Source: Penicillus capitatus
Taxonomy: Eukaryota; Plantae; Chlorophyta
DNA: 41,443 nucleotides
Assembly: GCA_965649825.1 (NCBI GenBank)
Contig: OZ287696.1
Location: 2,006,181-2,047,623 of the forward strand
Direction: 5' to 3'
Positions 23,464 to 35,473 of the stretch are shown one piece after another. The translations under genes were made by a program, and so were the position numbers. The notes below the pieces were generated by a model, which had not been told where the DNA came from, made no database searches, and worked only from the letters and a program-made list of their open reading frames with translations. The stretch's first letter is position 1. The number at the start of each line of letters is the position of its first letter.

Positions 23464-26400
23464 ATGAGGGTTGTAAGTCTCTTCAGTGGTGCTGGTGGAC
23501 TGGACTTGGGGCTCAAGAAAGTAAAAACCTCTGTTGTAGACAGCGAATAGACTTTTTGAATAACGGCGCGAAAAGTCTCGCCTGGCGTTCTCATAACCAA
23601 TAGAGTGCTGTGTGTGGACTCTTTTTGCCACTGCGGTTGTTTCTATTTTATTGGAAGCCGCTACGCTTGAGTCGTTTTATGAAGTGAGTTGAGTGGTTTG
23701 GAAAAAACAATGCGGTTTTGGTTATTCAGGCGGGACACGAGATCATTCTTCAGTGCGAACAAGACCCAGGGGCTCAGCAGGTAGGCATGCGACTGACGTC
23801 ATGTCATCGCCTCATGTCGGCGCTGTTCCTAGGTCCTACGGCAGAATTTCCCAGGGACGCTTTTGCTGCCAGATGTCTGCAGTCTAGAAACCCTTCCCAA
23901 AGCAAAACCCCCCTCACACTTATCGCCAATGAGACAGACATCGTGATGCCTTGTCTAGGGATGCGAACTACTGGTGGCAGGATTCCCATGCATCGACATC
24001 AGCCGAGCAGGACTGAGAAAAGGATTCGATGGACAAGTGAGCATATCATGACACAGATCCCGAGCTTTCCAGCAATCTATGCTGTTGCCGGTGTGGCGCT
24101 GACGTTGGCTGTGGACGAGCAGAGTTCAGGATTGGTGCGCCATGTCTTCCGCTTGTTGCAGGACGCCAAAGAGAAGCATCGACCCGTTCCATGGGTGCTG
24201 CTCGAGAATGTGCTGCCCACCGATCATCCATCCCTTGCTGAGTTGGGCTGTCTTGTCAGGTGGAGGCACTGTTGGACAGAGGTGCCAATGGTGTGCCCCA
24301 TGTGAAGAGTCTTGCCGATACATTTGAAGTGATTGGCTATTCGAGCTGGGCACACCGTGTCATTTGCTCAGCAGGTTTGCATGTCCTGGATGGAGATCAT
24401 GGGTTTTCTTACCCCTGATGTGACTCTTCAGGATTCGGTGTGCCAAATCGTCGATCGCGTGTGTTCTTTCTGGCCTCACTCTACGGAGATGCGCGCGATG
24501 TGCTTCTTGCACAGGTGATGTCATACAGAAGAGGATCTTTTTGAGCCAAGGGTGTGATCTGCAGGGCCCACAGAATTGTCTCGGATCCTGTGTGGGGCAG
24601 AATGGAGAGAATGCCTTGGTGGATGTCTGCTATGAGTGTTTCCAAGGATGCGTCTCGCCAGAAGATGAACGCGAGTATTCCTTTGCTCTGGATCTGGGCA
24701 ATGCCAGAAGTGCACCCGGTGTGGATGTGGTTCCGACCTTCACCACAAACAACGATCGCATCTGCCTCTTGCTCTCCACTCAGAAGATGGGGATGCTGAG
24801 AATCGAAGATGCCGAACGACTACAGGTGTTTCGATCCAGGAAGGAGGCAGAGAGCATGAAGATGTCTTCAGGGATTTCCGGAGGGCTTCACATGGTCCTG
24901 CTATCCAATTCAGCCTCCCGGACTGAACGCACACAAGAACAAGCATATCAAAGATTCAGAAGTGGATGTCTGGGAGTCCAGAAGATATGCCTTGCTGGGC
25001 AATGCTGTTACTGTCAAAGTCAGGAGAGGCGTTTCGCATTGCCCTGTGTCGACGAGGCGTCATGTTTTCAGGTGGCCGAGTGGTTGGGAGAGAGACTGGC
25101 AACGCCATACATGTTCAAGTATATCCCCAGCGAACGGGACAGACCTCTGACATCCGATTTTCAAAACAAGCACCTGCTTACCGTGATGCCATCCGCCATC
25201 CTCCATTCCGGATCCATAAAGAGACGTGTGACCAGAAATCTGTTGAGCATGGATTGTGTGGGGAGGGTGCCAATGGGTTACTCGTGCGTCCCTTCAGAGG
25301 GGAAGCCAATCATCGAGCGAGAGGCAAGGACTTCAGAGCCATCACCCCGAAAGCCATGACATCGATTGCTCTTTAGGTTCAGATGCCATAACAATGGAAT
25401 ACATGGTGCATCCAAATCAGGTAGAGATCGAGAGCCAGATGATGGCATTGGGGTTGCCCTGACTTCTGTTGTCCATCAGAGCAACAGCACAAAGACGTCG
25501 TGGCCCAGAGCAGCTTGGTATGTCACCGGAATCGGAAGGTGAAGAGATTTGAGGCCTTTTGGCAACATCCACGTGCAACTGGTGATCTGTTGTGGCAGAT
25601 TTGGTGTCGATGACATGTCTGAATGCCCAAAGAAGATTCCTTTTCGACCTCTTGGAAAATTTATCACACAAGTCACATCAACTGTCTGTTGAGACTGTGG
25701 CATGAGGTGTCTGTCCATGGTTCAGGTGGGAAAGCTTCCAGGTCCAGATGTCATCAATACCTACATCATGAGACTGAGAGAACAGGGATGGAATGTCGAG
25801 AACATAGTCAAGAAGGCGACGAAATGTGGACTGCATTTGATCCGAGAGGCACTTTGCTGCAGAGAGGGATCATGGGATAGCGAGTTTGGTGCATTAGGTG
25901 TCTGAAGTGATGCGTATGCAAGGGGTTCCGCAAGATCCGGATCAGATCGGGACGCTTGTGTGGTGCATCTGTCGCATCACCAAAGTGTGGTGGCCGGGTT
26001 ATATGCTTGATCCTTTTGATCTTCCATCTCATACATCTATTCCTGAGCCCGCTGTCCGTTCCCTCTCTTCAGGCATGCGGCCCGCCGCCAGCAGCCACTG
26101 ATGATCGATGTCTGTATGCCTGCAGCTGAGAAGAAGGCGTGGCTCCCCGTTGAATATTGGGATGCGGAGAATCCAGACGAGCAGACGAATAAGTCAGACG
26201 GGACTGTGAGGAAAGAACAGGCGTTGATGAACGGTGTGCTGATCTCTGTGTGGATCTGTTGCCTATTGGGTTCTCGTGTGCAGATCAGAGAAAAGTTGTC
26301 GTCGTTTTCTTTGGAGATAATTGCCATGACTGGGTCTATGCGCACGACACCATCGACTACGAGAAAAACAAAGCTGAAAAGGAGAGAGAAGCACGAACGC

Positions 26401-27691
26401 TGCATGAGTCCGGTAAAACATCGCTTCCGTTCTGCATCGGCGTTCTGTACATTGTGCCATACAGGCAATTTGAAGCGTCCAAAGCTGTTTTTCAGAGCCT
26501 TAGAAGATGCAGATTTGTGGGTGGCTGCCAAGAAAACCAACAGAAAGAACGGCAGATTGGCTTCGGCCGTTGCATCCAGAGCTGCCTCCCTTGCCGCCGC
26601 CGAAAATAAAAAGCCGAGGTGATCTTCCGTCTCCATACACGGCACACAGTCCCTGTGTTCTCTGCAGATGTGGAAACTGTGAAGCATGTTTGAATAAAGT
26701 CAATGGCGGCAATGCCTTTAGCAAACGTTGTCTCTATGTCCGTGCCCAAGCTGCTGCCGCTGCCGGTCCAGCCCTCAGCATCGTTCTCCAATTCTCACTC
26801 TTCCTGTGGCAGGTCACGTCGGTGCGCAAGTGTCGATTCACAGGGAAAGAGCATTGGGCGCCAAGTTAGAAGTTTACTGGCCATTGGATCAAAAATGGTT
26901 CCCCGGAATGGTGATGCCCCATCGTCTTCCGTCTCGAGATCGCACTCAACACAGATATCGCTGTTCTCTACAGGTCACCGGCTTTGACAGGCTTCGTCTG
27001 CGACATACTGTACTTTACGAAGACGGAGATCGTGAAATCATCGCACTGTGGTCTCCCTGTCAGTTAGTTAGAGTGCTAAATCAGCCAAGAGATTGGCCAT
27101 TGGCCGCCGAGGAGCAGCAGCAGAAAGAAGAGGAGGAGAGGTTGAGAAAAGAACAACAGAAGGCACGTCTCTTTTATATCCTATCCACAATGTCGTTCGT
27201 GTTCTCGACAGGAGGTTGCCCAACGAGAGCCGATCTCGTTGACAGACTACGAGGCAAATCGCAAGCACATGATTCAGAAGAACAAAGAGATTCTGTCCAG
27301 TCTGCTGGAAGAAGGACCAGAGCCTGCATCACAAAAGCCTGTTGCACAGGAGCAGGATCGAAGAGAAGAAATCATCGCCTTTACTTCGATGGCAGATATT
27401 CAGTTAAGCGCTGAACGCGTACAGCAGATGTTGGGCCATGTATCGCCCCGACCTGCGGGAGATATACCAGACATTCCTTTCGGCGCCACAGCGACGCCGG
27501 GTCAGAGAGAGGAAGGCATAGCGGAGATCGATGTCTATTCGATTCTCGATTTTGGTGGACCCTGTCGTCACACTCGATCTGCCCGACGAGAGCTGACAGA
27601 TTTCTTGGTGAATGAAAAGGCCGATTACATGACTCCAGCTCCAAAAAAGATCAAGACAGATGATACTCCCGCATCCGAAGACACTTTTTGA
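23464..27691 (+). CDS. Chlorophyte-type C5 cytosine DNA methyltransferase with C-terminal PWWP, CXXC-like and Tudor/PWWP-like modules
   Basis: Motif I MRVVSLFSGAGGLDLG (23464-23520), AGHEIILQCE, motif IV AGFPCIDIS, motif VI LLEN/V, motif VIII GFGVPNRRSRVF, IEDAERLQ/GFP, motif X LLGNAVTV; then VWWPG..VVVVFFGD, CGNCEAC..KRC, LEVYWPLDQKWFPG..HTVLYEDGD; NLS-like PAPKKIK. The splice path around 25150-25380 is not fully resolved. Confidence 0.85.
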
Positions 27692-27976
27692 GAATGTTTT
27701 TTGGACATACGACATATCGAATGAAACGTCCGTTTAAGGATGTTACGGACGGTGATGGAGATTCCTATCCTTTCTTGCTCTTTCGGATCGATAGCATGAT
27801 TTAAATCGCGTAGCAGTGAAAGATCGACGCTTCCGTCCAGACATCGCTCGATTGTTTCGTTCAGATGGCGTACGAGAACGGACCCGTGATGATGTGACGT
27901 GTGGGTCAGTTCGTCATGCGTTGGATCTGTTGACATGGCTGACGTGTCATCCGACGTTTGACATTCGCGGGTTTCG

Positions 27977-29084
27977 ATGAAGGTGGCGGTCAACAACCAT
28001 GTATCATTTCGTCTGGTCTCGGCCCGGCGACCTAACCTCCATCACACCGTGACGCGACGTCCTCTCTTAGCGAGAGCTGCTGCTGCTCCACCGGACCAGA
28101 TTGAGAAAGGTGCAGCGAGAGGGGGAGACGGTTACGTAAAGCGCATCATCCCTCATACGCCATCTCTGGCCAGATTTTGTCACCGAGCTGAAAGAAGTGG
28201 CAATGAGTTTGCACACAAAAGACAAGGCCAGTACGGGAGAACAGGAAAAGTCTTCGAAACCGTTTTCATCGGTGAGCCCTTCTGGCAGATGATCATTTGG
28301 AGATATGGGTGTTCTCTTCAGTGGAAATACACATTGGAAGGATATTTGAGATTCTTGGCGGAATCGAGATACGTCTACCGCACCTTCGAACGCATCATCC
28401 AATCCGACGACTCATGTACGGCTCCATCCCATCATACCGTCGAGCGATGGCGGCGGAATTGTGTCCAGTTGCTTTGCTTCGCGATTCTGGTCTCGATCGT
28501 GTCCAGTCTCTGGATCATGACATCGCGTGGATCGCCGAAGAGCACGACTTGTCTATACCCGACATCTCTGACGACAGCCCAAGCAAAGACTACGCAAAGT
28601 ACGGACAGATGTGCCAGCGGATGTTTATTGCGAGATGAGGGGCGCGTGACTGTCAAGGGTATTGGAAGAACTGAGTCGATCGAACGTCCCTGCATTCGTC
28701 TGTCATTTCTTTAACTTCTACTTGGCGCACACGGCCGGCGGAAGAATGATTGGAAAGAAGGTCTGTACATCTTGCCTATCACCATCCATCCGTCAGAAGC
28801 GTGGTCTGGATGCACAGGTGGCAGATGCCGTTCTCTCTGGAGAGTTTCGTCGACTGGCTTTCTATCGCTACGATTCCAATCTAAAGCAACTGGTAGACGA
28901 TTTCAAAGCTTCGATCAACAGCGTTGCACTGGACTGGACGAGAGAAGAGAAAGAAATGGCTCTGGCTCAATCGGTCGAATCGTTCAAGGTACGGCGCCCT
29001 CTTTTACACATCCTGTATGAAAACCATCTCCAGTGTGTTGGCACCATCATGAAGACAATGCTCAAGGAGGACGACGAAATGTGA
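27977..29084 (+). CDS. HO1: Plastid heme oxygenase (HY1/HO1 type)
   Basis: Transit peptide; FVTELKEVAMSLHTK (heme-ligand His), WKYTLEGYLRFLAES, SGLDRVQSLDHDIAW, AFVCHFFNFYLAHTAGGRMIGKK, WTREEK. Confidence 0.92.
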
Positions 29085-29433
29085 ATGGCGTTTGGGTCGC
29101 TATTGGAAGTGCGGGAGTGTTCTTTGCTTAAGCAATTTTCTGGAGCGTACGCTTCAGATGCCGATTCTTTATCATTCAATCTTAGCCAAGGTCGACATGC
29201 GATCGTTGCATTGCGCCTGTGACTATTTGGTATGTACTGTGAAGAAAGCATCATCTTACGCCATTGTTTATCCTTCTGTCCGCTGTGTCCATTCGTGGAC
29301 ATCTCGAGCAATGACTCAAATGCCGTCGCAATGACCTCTGTCAAATACATTGCCATTTATGATCCATGATTTGAACGTTTAAGGAATGTGCGACAGTGTG
29401 CAAAGGCGTTTTCCATCTATACGGACATCCGCA

Positions 29434-30087
29434 ATGCTCTCTTTCGCCGAGTATCCTGACAACGCTCCGATAAGGACGGGCAGTAGGAGACGCGCAAATC
29501 TGGTGACGCCTTTGCAAGCTGCGAGAGACGTCGCGACCCGTTTCCTGCGCACCCCTGGTGAAGTGCGTGTTCTTCGGGATGCTCTTCTGAATGGAGATGT
29601 CGAGACGAAGCGGCCGCCCATTCCGAAAGAGGTCGTCTCAAAGATTCTCAATCTGGCTGAGTTCTGGTGTTGTGTCCAAAAAGCCGCCTACAGCGAATTC
29701 CTCGCCCAAGGATTGGACCTCCAGCTCTTCACCCTGGGTCCCGTTCGTGGAACCCCTCACGCACTCGAGTTCTCTGCAGAGTTGTACGAGCAACTGATCG
29801 AACAGAGCGGCGCTGCAACTCCAGGCGATGCCGGGACATTTGGCGAAGTCCAACTCAAACATCGATCGGGTCACAGAAAGGCGATGGGGACGCAGCTTGT
29901 CTTTGCCAATTTTCCGACAGCCGCCTGGATACGACAGGAAAGAATATTCGATAAGCAGGACCATTTCATGGCGCATTTCGAAGAAGGAAATCGACTGGAG
30001 TTTCGTGTTCAGGCATGTCACTGGCCAGCACGGTTTCTCTATGTGAGGAACGCGTGTTTGAGACTGCACTACGAGCCGTCGTTGTAG
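29434..30087 (+). CDS. Hypothetical intronless protein with F-box-like motif
   Basis: Open 233-codon frame (alternative ATG 29386); IPKEVVSKILNLAEFW resembles an F-box helix; the beta-rich C-terminus ends GNRLEFRVQA..FLYVRNACLRLHY. Confidence 0.55.
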   Translation: MLSFAEYPDNAPIRTGSRRRANLVTPLQAARDVATRFLRTPGEVRVLRDALLNGDVETKRPPIPKEVVSKILNLAEFWCCVQKAAYSEFLAQGLDLQLFTLGPVRGTPHALEFSAELYEQLIEQSGAATPGDAGTFGEVQLKHRSGHRKAMGTQLVFANFPTAAWIRQERIFDKQDHFMAHFEEGNRLEFRVQACHWPARFLYVRNACLRLHYEPSL

Positions 30088-30565
30088 AGGGAAGGTCGAG
30101 AACAGAACTGCATTCGCCCTATGCCGAGTCCAGTCGCCTGAGCGTTATTCATACCATGCAGCCGCCAGTATCTCACCACCAAACTGGGTGTCCACTTCTG
30201 ATAGAGCTCAATAGAAGACCCCGATGGTTTAGCGGCAAGGAACGGTTGGTGTGAAGGAACCGTACTGCTTATGCAGATTTAAATGGGCGTCGAATGGCGT
30301 TGTGTTTTGATCTTTGGAGTATGGAGATTCGGCGGCGCTGATCGATCGTCGTCGACATCATCATCTCAAGTCTTTGATTTGGATCGTAGGCGACATGACT
30401 TTCGCGGTTTTCCGTTCGAAGTCTCTTTCGCTGAGCGACGGAGGACGTCAATTCCATTTCGGACAATTGAACGGCGCATCAGACAAAGCGTAGAAACCGT
30501 GTCAAATCAAAAGACGCCTCGTTATTCAGAACGCGGTACTTCATTTTAGCAAGGACCGACGCACG

Positions 30566-31853
30566 ATGAAGTCGACACTGTCCGACCTGGATATGTCTGT
30601 GCGCCTCGGCGCGTTTGTCATGGCGAATTTCCTGATGTATGCTTGGACGCGATACGTTGTTGCACCAGCCCGGGTCGGGTGGCCGCGTCTCTTACTGTCG
30701 ACGTTCCTGACCCCTCTGATTTTCCTCGTCTGCATCCTCTTCGACCAAGATAAGAACGATGAATTCACCGCTGCTGCCTACTGCCTCTGCAACTTTCTGT
30801 GGCTGACCCCATTGAAGATATACTCGTTCTGCATGAATCGAGGACAACTCGTCAAGGCATACGACTGTGGCAGCAACGCCGCCTTTGCTGTCGGGCTTCT
30901 CTTACCTGTCGTTGTCGCCTTCGATGCAAAACCTGTGCCGAAAGAGGCCGAAGATGAAGCCAAGAAACGCCATGCTTACAGAGACGCTCGATTCGCAGTC
31001 GTCCGTTACAAAGAGGGCGCCCGAAAGGAGGCCCTCCTGCAGTTTACCTACGCCATCCTTGAAGTCCGCCCACCCTTCTCCTTCTCCCTTCCTCATCTCT
31101 GTCTGTGTGACGCAGTTCGCGTTCATGGTCTTTCTCAGATACGCCCGCAATCGTCTTGCCGATGCTGGGCAGATGTTCTTGAGCGATTTCTGTATTGGAT
31201 GGTATGTCTATGGCTATACGACGTTTGTCGAAGCAATCGTCAGTCTCTGTATCCGGTTCACCGCCAACATGAAACTGGAACCCAGTTTCAACAGACCCTG
31301 GCTTGCTCAGTCCGTCAAAGAACTCTGGGCCATTCGATACAACCTCACCTTTGCGAAGACGCTCAGAAATTTTGCCTATGATCCTATCTACGAAGGCAGG
31401 ATCCATACCCCACGCACTCCTTCTGTTATCTCTTATTCTGTCTGAGCAGGGAGTTGGATTGCGGGCCCGCGCTACTTTGATCACAAAAAGGCGTCGAAAC
31501 CGCGCAGAAGGACTGCTCTTTTTTCCACGTTCGTCCTCAGCGGCATCATGCACATGGTCTTTTCGCGTGCCATATGCACGCCTAGCTGGCCGTATCTCCA
31601 TGGCGGGTTCTTTGTGCTGAATGGTATCGTCGTTCTCCTCGAAGACATATTGAAGCCAATGGTGACATCGTGGAACCTGGGGTCCAGAATCCTCAATGCA
31701 CTACCATCTCTAGTCTTTACGCTTTACGTCTTCGCGACGCTCACCATACTGAATCACCTCCTCTTTTGGACAGAACTGGAGGCATGCGATTATCGCAGAA
31801 GGTTCATAAATGGTGGTCTCGCTTTGTTGCCTGAAGACACATGGCTTCAGTAG
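30566..31853 (+). CDS. MBOAT wax-synthase-like O-acyltransferase (MBOAT_2)
   Basis: Multiple TM segments; LEPSFNRPWLAQSVKELWAIRYNL (PFxxPWLxxSxxEFW motif), TLRNFAYDP, TFVLSGIMH with catalytic His; two introns. Confidence 0.88.
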
Positions 31854-32254
31854 AAAGCCCAACAATCAATGCTCCAATCGGCAGAACGCACGTCCTAGAT
31901 TGCCAGAATCTCGACAGTGGCGGCGCTGAACCTCCCTGTCCGTTGCCTAGCGACTGACATGCGCTTGTGTCTGAATCCAATTCCAGAATTCTGTGACGAA
32001 TGGACGCGTCCTCTCTGTCGCGTCGCTATTCGACGTTCCTGTTTGAGATGGCTTCAAATATGACAGACCGTACGACACAGCTTCGCTGATGGGCGGTTTC
32101 TAGACGTCTGTCCATTGCTCGTCTTCTGCGTACCTTCAACGTCACATCAGCATGGCGTGCAAACATCTTCTCGATTCACCAAATCCAATCGAGCCTGTCC
32201 ACACGTGCACCGTTCTCTGTTCGTTGCCTTCTTCTGTCCGTCATCAACTGACAC

Positions 32255-34263
32255 ATGGTGGACCTTGTAAGCACGTTAAGCGCCATCGTCGTGGCGTGCG
32301 TTGTTTTCTTCTTCGTCCATCGCGTGGCAAATCTCTTCACCTCTAAAGACGAAAACCTCCAACACGGAGACGCATCGGAGGAGAACAAAGGCAATGACGG
32401 CAGCGAAGCGGTCTCAAACGACGAACTCGCCATACGAATTCTCTTCGGAACACAGACGGGCACGGCCGAAAAGCTCGCCAAAGAAATGCGGTCCAAAATT
32501 TACGAAGTGTATGGTACCGAAGCTGTCAAAGTCTACGTTGAAGATGTCGAATGCTATCGACCCAGTGAACGCTTCCACAACGAACGCTATGTGTTTCTCT
32601 TTGTCGCGACCTATGGCGACGGCGAGCCCACAGACACGGCTGTGGAATTTGATCAGTGGCTGACAGGAGCCGAAGAAGTGGGCGAAGAAATCCTGCACGG
32701 CGTCCGATTTGGCGTCATGGCTCTGGGCAATCGAGAATATGAACATTTCTGTATCTTTGGCGCCAAGGTCGATCAAGCAATGGAACGCCTCGGAGCGCAG
32801 CGGATCGTTGACCGAGTGGACGGAGATGACAGCAAATGCATCGAAGACGATTTCGAAAACTTCGCCAAGAATGCCTTGGACGCGTTGGCCAACGAAGAAG
32901 CCTTCCGGAACATCGAAGTCGATGTGCCACAGAAACTGACGGTGCAGAACGTTCCGGCGTACAAAGTGATTTTTGATCCGGCTGAGAAAACGCAGACGAC
33001 GCAGAAGACACGAGCCGCTGGACAGACGACAGACATCGCATGCGTCTCGTCGATTCGCGAGCTGCATACGGAGCGATCCGATCGATCGTGTGTTCATGTG
33101 GAGTTGGATATCTCTATGAATGATGTGACGTATCAAGCAGGCGATCACGTGGCCATTCAACCGGAGAACTGCCCTGAGCTCGTAGAAGAGGCGGCAGCTT
33201 TTCTGGGATGTCCACTCGATACACGCTTCTCCCTGGAGATGCCATCGGACAACGAAGAAGACTTGGAGCCGCCGTTTGCCGGTCCAGTGACACTCAGAGA
33301 GGCCCTGATGCGATATGCCGATCTGACGAATCCCCCACAGAAGCACTCGATGAAACTGCTGTCTGCCTTCGCCACGAATCCAGACGAGGCAGAACAGTTG
33401 TTGTTCTTATCGTCTGTGGATGGCAGAGAGAAATTCACACAGATGGTGCACAACAACGCCATGAGTTTGCTGGAGCTTATGCAGGAATTCCCATCTGCCA
33501 AGCCAGATCTGGGTGCCTTCTTTGGATCGATCTGCCCCCGTGTGCAACCGCGCTACTATTCTATTTCGTCCTCCCCAGCCCAAACGCCGCAACACATTCA
33601 CGTGACGGCAGCCGTGGTGCATGAAAAGAAGCCGAGTGGTAAGATCCACAAAGGCGTCTGTACAAACTGGCTCAGTACTCGAGAACTCGGCGCTCGTGCT
33701 GCGATTCACGTTCGGACATCGCATTTCAAGCTTCCGTCTGATCCAAGCGTGCCCGTTGTGATGGTTGGGCCCGGAACAGGAATTGCTCCTTTCAGAGGTT
33801 TTCTGCAAGAAAGGGCCAAGTTAAACGCCAATGGGGTGTCATTGGGTCCAGCTTTGCTCTTCTTCGGTTGTCGCCATCCCGAAACGGACTATATCTACCA
33901 GGAGGAATTGGAAGGCTATGTGAACGACGGTACCTTGACCGCACTCCATGTCGCCTTCTCTCGCGAGACCGACAAGAAAGTCTACGTCCAACACAAGCTC
34001 CTCGAGAACAGTACTTAATCCGCACTCTCACTCTTTTTCTAATACATTGTGTGATGTGACCCGTAGAGGAAGAAGTGTGGAGCCTGCTACATGAAAAGGG
34101 TGGTTATTTTTATGTGTGTGGCGATGCGAGTCGTATGGCACGCGATGTCCATCGAACACTGCACGAAATGGCAGAAAAAGTAACGGGTGTAACAGGGTCA
34201 AAGGTGGAGCAGATCATCAAGACTCTTCACGATCAGGGACGTTATCAAAAAGACATCTGGTAG
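32255..34263 (+). CDS. CPR: NADPH-cytochrome P450 reductase
   Basis: N-terminal membrane anchor; FGTQTGTAE (FMN), ATYGDGEPTD, LGNREYEHF, RSCVHVELDI, QPRYYSISSSP, VMVGPGTGIAPFRGF, LFFGCR, YVQHKL; one intron; YVCGDA..RYQKDIW*. Confidence 0.97.
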
Positions 34264-34372
34264 AAGAACACCTCGGCCGAATCGCGTATGCTCTTATTGA
34301 CATTATCTATTCATTTATTGGTACGGGGGACAAATGGCAACGGTCAATGTGTTCTTAACAAGAAACACTGTC

Positions 34373-35473
34373 TTAAACGTTGCTTGAATGCAGATAGAGC
34401 ATGGTCATTGTGATCAGACTACCCAGTGCAGCAAAGAGTAACAGTAACATCTTGCCGTCAGCTGCTCGATGTCGCCTTCGCTTTTTGACACTCTTATCCT
34501 CATTTCCAGGCGATCTAAAGAATCGTCAACAGGCCTGGATGAATGCGGCGGCGGCGGGGGTGGACTTGGAGGTGATGGGCAGTCCAGGTGTGAGCGCTTC
34601 TGGAAATATCCGTTGGGCCAGTCGCTTCAGCATCGTACTGCGTTTGACATACTTTTCTTCATCTACCTCTGTCGCTTCTCCGTTGCCAATGATCACCCCG
34701 TGTCGTCCTTTGCTATCCGCCACAGACTAGGTTCACCACAGGGACACTCTCGCGTCCGAACAACACTGATGTGGATCGCACCGACGCACGATGCATGCGG
34801 GTTGAAGGAGAGGAGGCGATTTGAATCTCGGACGTCGATGCGTCATCTGCAGCACATTGCCAGAACGCTGAGATGTTAGATGTCATACTTCTTGGATAGG
34901 ATGTATGGCCTCCACTCGATTCTGCCATACCCGCCACTGCCTGAGCACTGCACCTCATGGACAAAGGCACGCCAAACAGCAGCTCACCTCTTCGACATAG
35001 AGCTCGTCAATGTCTTCCAGTCCATCCAATGACGAAATGCGTTCGCCCGTCTACAGCAAGACACGTCACATCACACAAAAGTGTGACATGTGCGAGATAC
35101 CGAAGCAAAGTAGACAGATCCGACGCCTTCTAATCGCAGCTTGGCTTTCACCTGGTCTCCGCGAAAGAGAATCGAAACGATGGGACAAAGACTGGCGAAC
35201 CTGTTCAATGAACTCCTCCCAGGAGTATGTGTCTGGAACAGGCACAGCCACTTTCCTGAAACAGCCGCACTCCGTGGCACAGAGACAACGTCTGACAGCA
35301 TACCGTTTAGGCACGGAGTTGCGCAGCGAGACGAAGACTAAACGCGATGCCTCCTGTCACCAACAACCTCTTTATCGATCGTTTTAGCCAGGAACAGAAC
35401 GCGAGTCGTCGTCTCTTACGACGTCCGCTTTTGTGATGCCGTAGCCTCGTGTCGAAGGACCGGTATGTGACAT
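34373..35473 (-). CDS. Unknown tail-anchored membrane protein with an N-terminal ubiquitin-like (KHA/PB1-like) domain, multi-exon
   Basis: Assembled LFVSLRNSVPKRKVAVPVPDTYSWEEFIEQVKAKLRLEGVGSVYFAS..GERISSLDGLEDIDELYVE; C-terminus KKRRRHRAADGKMLLLLFAALGSLITMTMLYLHSSNV* (TAA 34373-34375); phase-consistent GT-AG introns. Confidence 0.6.

Noticed and set aside
23335-23631. 98-aa minus-strand ORF
   Set aside because: It starts with GTG and lies antisense to methyltransferase exon 1 (motif I at 23464-23520).
32414-33346. 310-aa minus-strand ORF and other long antisense ORFs (for example 4592-5284, 9037-9534, 13563-14072, 6164-6739)
   Set aside because: They are shadow frames opposite well-supported genes (CPR, CLD1, LACS, RDR, penta-EF-hand) and carry no recognisable motifs.
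27977-34263. Heme oxygenase near cytochrome P450 reductase, suggesting an HO-CPR redox pair
   Set aside because: This HO is the plastid HY1 type, which uses ferredoxin, while the CPR has an ER-type membrane anchor; the compartments differ.
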